64,000 bases of DNA. Origin: an uncultured Candidatus Saccharibacteria bacterium (GTDB lineage: Bacteria; Patescibacteriota; Saccharimonadia; CAZHVB01). A program made the position numbers and the translations under genes. Below are positions 9,574-17,976 of the stretch, in pieces. A model generated the notes under the pieces. The model did not search any database. It was not told the DNA's origin and saw nothing but the letters and a program-made list of their open reading frames with translations. The stretch's first letter is position 1. Every line of letters begins with the position of its first letter. The stretch spans positions 91,282 through 155,281 of the forward strand of contig CAZRIY010000001.1 of NCBI GenBank assembly GCA_964600295.1, read 5' to 3'.

Positions 9574-10629
9574 TCATTGTCGCTCCCTTAGCGCCAAGCC
9601 GCAAGCTACGGCAAACTGGTTGGACAACTCGGCCAGCTGCCCGGATATGCCGGATCGGCTGCCAATCTTAGCCCACGCATCCCCAATTTCCACCGGCAAA
9701 CCAACGCTGTTGGCCAAATGGGCTGGAAATTCCGGCATCATACCCGCCTTGCCGGTCAATATAATTTTGCTCACTTTGGTGCCTTTGTAATGACCTTCAA
9801 AAAACTTGGTGGATTTATCAATTTCCGACATCAGGGTATCAACGCTTCCCTTGATGGCTTTTCTAACTTGGCTCTCCATCTTTTGAGCTAGACCGAACTT
9901 ATAAACGAATTGGTAGGCCTGATCGGGTTCTAGATTCAGCCCTTGGGCGGCGGCCTTAACAAAATTATTACCGCCGACTGGGATGGAACGAATCATTTTG
10001 AGCGAATGGCCAGCCACTGTTACCAAATCGGTGGCGGTTTCGCCAACGTCCAGCACCGTCACAGCACCGGCTTCTTGGGGTTTAACCAGAGCGCGGGCCA
10101 AAGCGATGGCATCGGGTTCCAGCGCCAAGACCTCTAGATCGGCGGCTTCCAGCACAGCGAGTGTGCGCTCCGACAGACCAATTGGCACGGCTACAATTAG
10201 GACTTCTTGCTGTTTGCCATCTGCGGATTCACCGGCTAGCATCCAGTCCAATTTAACTTTATCTAGCGCCATCGGCACATGCTGTTCGGCTTGGTAGCGA
10301 ATGCCCTTTTCTAGCTCCGAGGGCGCCATTTTGGGTAGACTAATCAATGCCGAGAAAACCTTGGCCGAGGGCAGGCCGGAGACCACATTCTTGGTGGTTA
10401 CCCGGCTATCACTAATGAGTTTTTTGATAGCTTCGACCACCGATTGGCGATCTACTGGGGAATCGCTGGCCATGACTTTGGCTTCCATGGGTACCCAACC
10501 ATAGGTTACCAACTGAGCGCTAGCGCCACTCTTTCTGACTTGAACTAAACGAATACCTGAGGAACCAATATCTAAACCAATTATATTATTGTCGGTTTTA
10601 AACAACGCCATTATCTCCAAGTTTATCAT
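9574..10629 (-). CDS. pilM: Type IV pilus assembly protein PilM (actin-like ATPase fold)
   Basis: The 351-aa product contains IIGLDIGSSGIRLVQV and two actin-like subdomains. A GGAG RBS precedes the start. Confidence 0.85.
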   Translation of the reverse strand: MINLEIMALFKTDNNIIGLDIGSSGIRLVQVRKSGASAQLVTYGWVPMEAKVMASDSPVDRQSVVEAIKKLISDSRVTTKNVVSGLPSAKVFSALISLPKMAPSELEKGIRYQAEQHVPMALDKVKLDWMLAGESADGKQQEVLIVAVPIGLSERTLAVLEAADLEVLALEPDAIALARALVKPQEAGAVTVLDVGETATDLVTVAGHSLKMIRSIPVGGNNFVKAAAQGLNLEPDQAYQFVYKFGLAQKMESQVRKAIKGSVDTLMSEIDKSTKFFEGHYKGTKVSKIILTGKAGMMPEFPAHLANSVGLPVEIGDAWAKIGSRSGISGQLAELSNQFAVACGLALRERQ

Positions 10630-10873
10630 AAGGGCTTTATTAGAGGCTAGCGGTTAGAAATTAGAGCCTAGAGAATAGACATTAAAGGTTAGATGCAGAC
10701 TTTACTAGTAAAATCTTGCCAGCATTTTTGCTAGAGGCTAGAGGTTAGTAGCATTTATTGAGCTCGAGAAGATCGTTATAAACCATTCAATAATTTGTGC
10801 GGCTTGAGGCCTGGATTTGCTAATTTTTCAAAAATACATCCATCCATGAATTCTTACATTTAAATTTAATTCT

Positions 10874-11746
10874 TTATAGCGGCTCGCTGTCCAAGTTGGT
10901 CTTTTGCTCAGTTTCCGCCCCTTGGTAGCAATCATTCTGCAGCTGGCTCTCAAGAGAGCTGCATAACACGCGGGCCCTAGCAAGGTCATGCCCGGTATAA
11001 AACATAAGGCCCTCACCCATGGCCTGCAGACACATGCCAATTAAGCTTTGTTCTTGGGTATTTAAGATGCTTTCGCATACTCGAGGAAGCGAAGACTGCA
11101 AATCAGACAGGGATTGTCCAAGGTAATTGTTCATATTTTCCATGAAAACTCCGCCAAGACAGGTCTCCTGATGGAAATCGTCAGGCAACTGTCGGCACAA
11201 CCCTACCACTGACTCGAGTTGGCTGAGCTGGTGTCGCAATAGCCCATGACCGACACCGTGGATGCATTGACGGCGGCGCAGCCAATCCGTTCCAATTGAC
11301 GAACAAAGCTCCGGAACCTCACTAATAATTTGGTCAGTGCTCCTGGTTTCTGCATAGCTCTCCATAACCCCGTGGAAGCAACCTTCGATGCATCCAAGTG
11401 GACAGGTTACAAAGGCTTGGGCAGTATTGTTCCGATATTTTTCAAAATTGGTGTGGCCAACTTGGTGAGCAATCAGATGACAATCATCAACTATATGCTG
11501 TTTGCGAAACTGCTGAGCTTGGGTGATGGCAGCTTCGGCTGAATCCTGCATGGTTAGCTTGGAAAAATACGGCAAGAGGCAGGCTGAACGCTGATATGCT
11601 TGAGCCATTGCCAGGCAATCCGCCGGAATCTCTACTAAGTTATTGTTAGCTTCTTTTTTACCAGTAAAAACCATCCCTATAAGCAAAGTTAATAGTAAGA
11701 GTAATCCTATCCAGATATTCTGTTGCTTATAGAAAGGTCTAATCAT
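10874..11746 (-). CDS. Secreted or membrane-anchored Cys/His-rich protein, paralog A, function unknown
   Basis: An N-terminal TM or signal segment is present. The motifs are CHLIAHQVGH, CPLGCIEGCFHGV, QCIHGVGHGLL and CLGGVFMEN, with the same threefold C..C-[YF]HG repeat as the ORFs at 14892 and 16060. Confidence 0.6.
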   Translation of the reverse strand: MIRPFYKQQNIWIGLLLLLTLLIGMVFTGKKEANNNLVEIPADCLAMAQAYQRSACLLPYFSKLTMQDSAEAAITQAQQFRKQHIVDDCHLIAHQVGHTNFEKYRNNTAQAFVTCPLGCIEGCFHGVMESYAETRSTDQIISEVPELCSSIGTDWLRRRQCIHGVGHGLLRHQLSQLESVVGLCRQLPDDFHQETCLGGVFMENMNNYLGQSLSDLQSSLPRVCESILNTQEQSLIGMCLQAMGEGLMFYTGHDLARARVLCSSLESQLQNDCYQGAETEQKTNLDSEPL

Positions 11747-11775
11747 TTCTAAACCCTAGAAATAGCCTCTAATCC

Positions 11776-14700
11776 CTAGAACACCGGCGGGCGTTCAGAT
11801 TGAGAACGGATCTGGGTGGTAACGCTACCCAATCCAAGGGGTGGGCGCAACAGTAGTTGGGGTACGTAGTTAACGCACTCGGCTGCTTTGTTGCCCACTG
11901 GGCAATCCACGCCGTCAACTCCGGTGCGTACATCGCCAACCGTGCGGCGAAACTGAAAACTGCTGGCCACCAGGGCTCCTTGGACGGTCAAGGGTTGGCC
12001 GCAAGCGGCAGCACCCACGGCAGTGCCAATAGCTATGCCAGTCGGGTCTTGGCAGGTGTTGATAACGCCGCTGCTGCCCGTGCTGCCAGCATAATAAATA
12101 CCGTAGAGGTTTGTGACTATGGGCGAGATATTGATACCCCCGCGGGAAATTACGCCGAAAGAGGGAATGGTATCCCGCCTGAAAGGAAAGCTAGCTGAGA
12201 TATTGCCAACAATTTGTACCGTACCCCCCACTACGAACGTAGTTCTTTTTCCAACTGGTAGGATGCCGCCTAAAATCGTCAGATCACCGTTATATTTGAA
12301 GATACCATCAGGTAGACTGGGGTCGCTAAGATTAACTACACCTGGCGCTGCGAATGGACCTGGATAATCGGCTACAGTGCTGTCAGGAGCGAGGTAGCGG
12401 GCAGCCAGATCCAGTCGGCAGACGCGGCCATAGCCGCCGTGGGGCGAGCTGCGACTGCCAAATTTTAGGCTCAAATCAGTAGGTGAAGTTACAGAGCCGG
12501 CGGAACCAAAGTTATTGATATTGGCCCCGGCTGAAACTACAAAGCTGGCCCTGGAGCCGCGTAGGTCTTGGACACGGCCGCGGACGCTACCGCTACCGGG
12601 GACCAGGCAGGGTGCGCCAAAGTTGGCCCCGGCTTGGACGCTGCCACCCAGGGTGGATAGAACCGGTTTGCGAGAGATTACTACTTTTAGGCACCGAGGT
12701 GTAGGGTCTATGTATTCGGCATTGCTATCGCTATTAGGACTGGCAAAGGCCTGAAAGCAAATGGCCCCAATGTCATCGGAGTCTACAGCGCCATTGAAGT
12801 TGCTATCTAAATAGGTAGGGGCCGTAGGGCTGACGGTAAAGGTGAAAGACACATCTCTTCTACCGCCCGCGGGTAAGTCCGGATAGTGCCAGTGATAACA
12901 AGGGGCCCTGGGGCCACAATCTAGATTATAACCAAAGCTATCGGCCGGCGGCGAAGAAGTGTTGTTGGGTGTCAATGGTGCGGTGGTATACGCGCTGTTT
13001 TGATTCTGCACCCGTAAATACACCGGTAGAGAAGTTGATGCTCCTAAATTTTCTAGCCGTGCATTTATGGTGTAGGGGTTGCCCGGCTCCACCGTGGTAA
13101 AGATGGTTGAGCCATTGGGCGCCAGTCCTTCGGGCAATACATCGCCCTGATTATCAAACGGGGGTGGTAGGGGTGTGGGATAAGCATAGGGTGTGCCGTA
13201 GGCATAGGGTGTGCCGTAGGCATAGGGTGTGCCGTAGGGATAGGGTGTGCCGTAGGGATAGGGTGTGCCGTAGGCATAGGGTGTGCCGTAGACAATGGGT
13301 TCCAGAAAAATGCGGTCTTTGACATTAGGATCCCCATAATTCTCTGACTGGTAAGCACCAAAATAGCTAGAAAAATACGCACCCAGATCATCAATCGACC
13401 TGGTGCGACCGTTTTCGAGTGGTAGATTGCGATAAGCTATAGAATTAAAATTTGGCGCACCGATATCGAAATTCCAGGTAACAAAGCAGTTTAAGCCAGT
13501 GCCGCCGGCATTACCGGAAGGTTCTCCCACCTTAAACCAGTTTGCACTGCGATAGATAGCAGCACCATATTTGCCGCAGGGGTCCGTATTACCTGGAGGT
13601 GGCCCACCTTGATTCGGCGTAACCCAAAAATCATAGATCGCTGGATTTGGCCATACGCCGCTACCAACCCACGCGGTTACGGCCGCCATGGGGTGCTGCG
13701 TACAATGGTCGGGCCCGTGAGTAGCTTTAACTTTGGCTGGCAGCCAAAAGCTCTGCAGCTTGCTTGAGATCTGCTTGAAGATGCGGCTGGTTGTTCGCAG
13801 GGCCTGCCCAACTAATTCCTTGGCTGCCTTTTGTCGCTCTTGGACTAGATATTCCTTTATATAAATTTTGGTGGTCTTTTCCTTTTTGACTGATTCTAGA
13901 AAACCCCTCCAATCTGAATATTGTCCGGTTGTCTTTGCAAGTAACCGGTAAATGGCGTAATAGCCACCGTCGGAGCGAATTAACCCTGTGTGAGAACCAA
14001 TTTCTTGAAGCTGGGCCATTTTTTCCCATTCCTTCATATCCATTAAGTGCAGCGCGGCAGTCTTGGCATTCATACCGGTATCGCCTACCCTATCTACCAC
14101 AAACGAACTCGATTGAGGATCTTTTTGAATCTGCTCAATCTTGCGCGTTATTTCGTCTTGAGAGGCACCATTCTCAAATAGCGGCAGCAGGTCGGATTCC
14201 ACTTTTTGTTTGGCTACAGAATCCCATTCGTCATCGGGATGGGCATCGGAAGCACGCATATCCCATCGGACATAAACACCAAAAAGCGAGCGGCTATCGA
14301 TTAGCACGCTTTCTAACTTGACTCTGAATAGTTGGCTGCGCTCGATGCGCTTTATCAACGCGGCGTCCCAATTCCGACCACTCTGTAAATTAACCTTGGC
14401 CAGGAAAGCGGCTTCGTTGCCGTCGGCCTTGATTAATTCCTGGTAGCGTTGTTCAACTTCTTCGGTGCTAACCGCAATCCCATGTTTAGTGGCTTCATCC
14501 TCTAGAGCCTTTTCCATAATCAGGAAATCTAGAGCATGGAGGTTCAGGGCGAAGAATGGACCGGTATCCTGGTCGTCTTCGGTGCCGGCCAAAAAGCTAA
14601 GTTTAGGCTTGAAGGCTTCATATTCGGCCACGGTAATCTCTTTGCCTCGAACCTCGGCCGCGATCCCGGCTCTCAGTTTGGGGTTCGTAAAGAAATTGCT

Positions 14701-14832
14701 AAGACGAGGCAAAACTGTGTAAGTTGAAAAAATTAGAGCCGCTAATGCCAGGACAAAAATAGCTGCAATAATTCCCAGGCGTAATGGGTAGGCAAGCTTG
14801 CTAAATTTTACCCTTAGTTTTGAAGGCCGCAT
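11776..14832 (-). CDS. Large surface protein with a SurA/PpiD-like N-terminal chaperone-like region, a (YGTPY[AP])n repeat and Cys-containing beta-rich C-terminal domains
   Basis: The 1018-aa product has an N-terminal signal-anchor. Residues ~60-350 are alpha-helical and resemble the SurA N-terminus. The central and C-terminal parts are Gly/Asn/Ser/Thr-rich with paired Cys. Confidence 0.65.
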   Translation of the reverse strand: MRPSKLRVKFSKLAYPLRLGIIAAIFVLALAALIFSTYTVLPRLSNFFTNPKLRAGIAAEVRGKEITVAEYEAFKPKLSFLAGTEDDQDTGPFFALNLHALDFLIMEKALEDEATKHGIAVSTEEVEQRYQELIKADGNEAAFLAKVNLQSGRNWDAALIKRIERSQLFRVKLESVLIDSRSLFGVYVRWDMRASDAHPDDEWDSVAKQKVESDLLPLFENGASQDEITRKIEQIQKDPQSSSFVVDRVGDTGMNAKTAALHLMDMKEWEKMAQLQEIGSHTGLIRSDGGYYAIYRLLAKTTGQYSDWRGFLESVKKEKTTKIYIKEYLVQERQKAAKELVGQALRTTSRIFKQISSKLQSFWLPAKVKATHGPDHCTQHPMAAVTAWVGSGVWPNPAIYDFWVTPNQGGPPPGNTDPCGKYGAAIYRSANWFKVGEPSGNAGGTGLNCFVTWNFDIGAPNFNSIAYRNLPLENGRTRSIDDLGAYFSSYFGAYQSENYGDPNVKDRIFLEPIVYGTPYAYGTPYPYGTPYPYGTPYAYGTPYAYGTPYAYPTPLPPPFDNQGDVLPEGLAPNGSTIFTTVEPGNPYTINARLENLGASTSLPVYLRVQNQNSAYTTAPLTPNNTSSPPADSFGYNLDCGPRAPCYHWHYPDLPAGGRRDVSFTFTVSPTAPTYLDSNFNGAVDSDDIGAICFQAFASPNSDSNAEYIDPTPRCLKVVISRKPVLSTLGGSVQAGANFGAPCLVPGSGSVRGRVQDLRGSRASFVVSAGANINNFGSAGSVTSPTDLSLKFGSRSSPHGGYGRVCRLDLAARYLAPDSTVADYPGPFAAPGVVNLSDPSLPDGIFKYNGDLTILGGILPVGKRTTFVVGGTVQIVGNISASFPFRRDTIPSFGVISRGGINISPIVTNLYGIYYAGSTGSSGVINTCQDPTGIAIGTAVGAAACGQPLTVQGALVASSFQFRRTVGDVRTGVDGVDCPVGNKAAECVNYVPQLLLRPPLGLGSVTTQIRSQSERPPVF
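13184..13291. repeat. Near-perfect 18-bp tandem repeat (6 units) inside the surface-protein gene
   Basis: The unit GCATAGGGTGTGCCGTAG (variant GGATAGGGTGTGCCGTAG) is repeated six times and encodes YGTPYA/YGTPYP on the minus strand. Confidence 0.9.
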
Positions 14833-14891
14833 TTAAACTTACTATAGATGAGCCCTCTACCCCAGTCAAACCGCTTCGATTACCTCCACAA

Positions 14892-16046
14892 TCAGCCACC
14901 GAACCTTTTGCAAGGCTGGCGTTGGTTGGCATCAGCTTCATGAATGCGATCACAGGCTGCTTGCTGCTCTTCTTGGCTAGTTGTGTAAATCGAAATAACC
15001 GCGCTTAAGTGTTGATAACACTTCGACTTGTCTAAATCCGTAAGTTGAGCGCACATCTCATATGGCATTGATCGGTCACCCACCGAAAAGGCCGCTTTTA
15101 CGATAGTTATGTAACAAAAGACACGCCAATCCGCCGGTAGGTTATCGCACAGGCTAATGACTTTGGGTGTCTGGTTTTCTGTTAACGGGTGGATTTGGTT
15201 CGATAAACCATAAAAACAACTTTCTTTATCAACTTCAGGCGCAACTCCCAGACAGATCTGGCCAATTTTTACTAGATCACCGAAGTAACGTTGATATAAT
15301 ATTTGCGGCTGATTGTTCCAACAAGGCTTGGTGTATTCGGGTTTTAGACGCGTGTCATTGCAGGGATAGCTATCATCACCCGGTTTAACCCATCTGTCTG
15401 GTGAGGGCGCTCCGCTATGCAATCCCCAAACGTTTTCCATAAAGGCGCCGTCGAGACAGTTGTAGAGGGGAAAGCTGGGAATATTTGCACCCAATTTGTC
15501 GCATTGTTCAAGCCCCTTAGTTAGGTTGGCATAGCCAACAGCCGCCACATAACCGTGGCCAATACCGTGGGCACAGGAAAGCGGTACTCCCGGTCCTTCC
15601 TTTTGACAATGTTCGATAATTTTCTTGATATCAACCATGTCATTATCGGCTTCGCCGGAAATAACGTGCAGCAGCAGACCGTGGTAACAAGATTCCAAAA
15701 AATAAGTGCGGCAGAGCGTAATACCCTCCACGCCGTGTTTCTCATATATATAATCCCCGGCTGTATGATTTAACAGATGCGTTTCACCAGTAAAGGGCAA
15801 GCCGGAGCGAAATAGTTGCTCTTGGGCTTCAACCGGTCCTACGCGTTCTAAAAGTAGCCGGTAAAATTTTATCCGCTCCTGTTTGTTGTTGGTTGCCAAA
15901 ATATTTTGAATTTCCTGGCTGGTACCCTGTCCTGATTGTTCTGGCTGAAGCCTTACCCACATATTTAGACCGATAATTACAGCGATTAGCGCCAAGATAA
16001 CGCCTAATTGCCACCTATATTTAAGTGCCTGCTTTATGACGCCCAT
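14892..16046 (-). CDS. Secreted Cys/His-rich protein, paralog B, function unknown
   Basis: The motifs are HLLNHTAGDYIY, CRTYFLESCYHGL, SCAHGIGHGYV and NCLDGAFMENV. The ORF table starts it at 16085, overlapping the upstream gene. An ATG at 16044-16046 has a GGTGA RBS and leaves 13 nt after the upstream TAA, so 16046 is the preferred start. Confidence 0.55.
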   Translation of the reverse strand: MGVIKQALKYRWQLGVILALIAVIIGLNMWVRLQPEQSGQGTSQEIQNILATNNKQERIKFYRLLLERVGPVEAQEQLFRSGLPFTGETHLLNHTAGDYIYEKHGVEGITLCRTYFLESCYHGLLLHVISGEADNDMVDIKKIIEHCQKEGPGVPLSCAHGIGHGYVAAVGYANLTKGLEQCDKLGANIPSFPLYNCLDGAFMENVWGLHSGAPSPDRWVKPGDDSYPCNDTRLKPEYTKPCWNNQPQILYQRYFGDLVKIGQICLGVAPEVDKESCFYGLSNQIHPLTENQTPKVISLCDNLPADWRVFCYITIVKAAFSVGDRSMPYEMCAQLTDLDKSKCYQHLSAVISIYTTSQEEQQAACDRIHEADANQRQPCKRFGG

Positions 16047-16059
16047 TGTACTTTTCACC

Positions 16060-17568
16060 TTATCTACCCTCCCGGCTCTTAACAATATCGACTATTCGGA
16101 GGCATTCGATAACCTTGTCCTCTTGGTTGATTGCCCGGCATATCTTTTGTGCATTATCCCACCAACCATTATAGGCTTGGAAGACTATAGCATCCGCCGC
16201 CTCGGTTAAGCACCATTCGTTCCCCTGCTGGTACGGAGATGATTGGCATAAATTGATAATTGAATCGGTATTTTCTTTACTCGCCCCACCGGCTTGTGAA
16301 CCAGTGCCACGGAAGCAATGCTCTTCTAATATTGGAGCTGGAGCTTGAGAACAAAGCTTGATACTTTGGGTTAAATCGTGGCCGATGGATTGCAGCCTAA
16401 TGGGCTGCCAACGGCCGCAAGCCTCATGATAAATGGAGCTTAATTCCCGACAGAGTTTCCATGAGTCGTTGGCATCTACTGCGGTTGCGCCGAGCGACGT
16501 GGCTTGTTCCATAAATACCCCATCATAGCAATATTTTCGATGCTCTGGTTTCATCCGATCGCAGGCGACTAGCGCGGGTTTGAGCTCAAGGTTGTGTATA
16601 GTTAGTACCCCATGGCCAACACCGTGGTAACAGCTAGGTGCCTGGTCGGCTGGCAACGCTTTGGTACAAGCCTGTTCAATTTCCGTTACAGCTCTTTCGC
16701 CAAGACCGTTTATAGCCTCCTCTGATACGCCATGATAACAGCCATAGGCGAACTCTCTATCGCAAATTTCGACACCCGAGACACCTGATCTGCGGTAGGC
16801 GGCATTGCCAACTATGTGGGCAAGTTCGTGGCCATTTGCGATAGCTTGGTCCTCCACCAGAAAGGCTTTTTTTAGATACTCCCACGCTCCTCTTGGATTC
16901 TGTTGAGCGTATGTTTGCAGTAAATCGAGTTGTCCTTTATAGTCCAGGCTTCGAAATTCCTCGATCGGCGGGAGATTTTTTTTACCAATTTTTGGCAACC
17001 AATTTCCAAATGCTGACCATAACCTCCCAAACATTCCATGTTTGGTTCCGCCAACCTCTATGACCATGATGTGCCCTGGTGACAGGTGATCGTGCATTCC
17101 CCAGCTGCCGAGTTTCTCAAATTTAAAACTGTAGGTTTCGGCCGGTTTTAGATTGCGGCAAGCATCCAATTGGCTGCCTAAGCAGCCCTTCTCATCGGAA
17201 GGATAGACGGTGTGGGTGGGATGATTGTTAGAAGCTGGCCAGACCTCAGACTTTGATTGGTTAGTAAAGACCACGGTTTGCCCGGGTTTAATGGCCAGCC
17301 TGTTGGGTCTAAAGCCGTCGTCGGTCATAGCCACCGCTACTGAACCATCTGGCCGCAATGAATCTTGATGGGACCAGCCCACAATTAGCACTCCGCCCAA
17401 CATAATTAGACCAATGAGCAGCTTGAGTTTGGACAGTCGCCCCAACCGACTCTTTATTTTAACCCTCAATCTTGACCACACATAAGTAATTCTAAAGAAA
17501 GTGGTTAGTGACTTACAACCATCTACTGTTTGATACTGGTGAACTCCTTTGTTTTGTCGGCGCCCCAA
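16060..17568 (-). CDS. Membrane-anchored cupredoxin-like domain fused to a Cys/His-rich domain (paralog C, with HExxH)
   Basis: A TM segment spans residues ~47-65. Residues ~82-172 read IKPGQTVVFTN...HPTH...ETYSFKFEKLGSWGMHDHLSPGHIMVIEV, a cupredoxin-like pattern. The remaining motifs are GHELAHIVGNAAY, CDREFAYGCYHGV, SCYHGVGHGVL and YCYDGVFMEQ. Which Met is the true start is uncertain. Confidence 0.55.
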   Translation of the reverse strand: MGRRQNKGVHQYQTVDGCKSLTTFFRITYVWSRLRVKIKSRLGRLSKLKLLIGLIMLGGVLIVGWSHQDSLRPDGSVAVAMTDDGFRPNRLAIKPGQTVVFTNQSKSEVWPASNNHPTHTVYPSDEKGCLGSQLDACRNLKPAETYSFKFEKLGSWGMHDHLSPGHIMVIEVGGTKHGMFGRLWSAFGNWLPKIGKKNLPPIEEFRSLDYKGQLDLLQTYAQQNPRGAWEYLKKAFLVEDQAIANGHELAHIVGNAAYRRSGVSGVEICDREFAYGCYHGVSEEAINGLGERAVTEIEQACTKALPADQAPSCYHGVGHGVLTIHNLELKPALVACDRMKPEHRKYCYDGVFMEQATSLGATAVDANDSWKLCRELSSIYHEACGRWQPIRLQSIGHDLTQSIKLCSQAPAPILEEHCFRGTGSQAGGASKENTDSIINLCQSSPYQQGNEWCLTEAADAIVFQAYNGWWDNAQKICRAINQEDKVIECLRIVDIVKSREGR

Positions 17569-17976
17569 TCGTTAAGTATCATACCGAATTGGTCTTAAGA
17601 TGACTTTAAGTATTGGCGATTGGTATATTAGAAGAGTATAACTAACCAAATATGCTCCGCGCGACCAAACAGCTTTATAGCCTACTTAGACAAACCAGAA
17701 AACCATGGGTTATATTTGTACTGCTTCCGCTGATAATTATCGCTCTTATCATCCTCATCGCCAGCGCCTCACCAGTTCCAGTCTTTCTCTACCCGTTTGT
17801 ATGAGAAATTTCGTCAAATACTGCAACCGGCAGGTAGTGAAAATTCTGTTGGTTCTACTGTATGTCTGCTTTTTTGGTATTGCGCGATTAATACGAACTC
17901 TTGGTACTAAGTCTGTATCCAGCCCTAAATGGAGTGTGCCCAAGCAGACAAGTGATATTAGAACCAAAACCCCCTA

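Noticed and set aside
9380-9604. ORF 9380-9604 (-) in the pilM/pilN gap
   Set aside because: It lies wholly in a repeat-rich intergenic region and overlaps the pilM 3' end. It has no RBS or motif support.
13107-13322. ORF 13107-13322 (+), encoding (HRVCRR)n
   Set aside because: It is the antisense reading of the 18-bp tandem repeat in the surface-protein gene.
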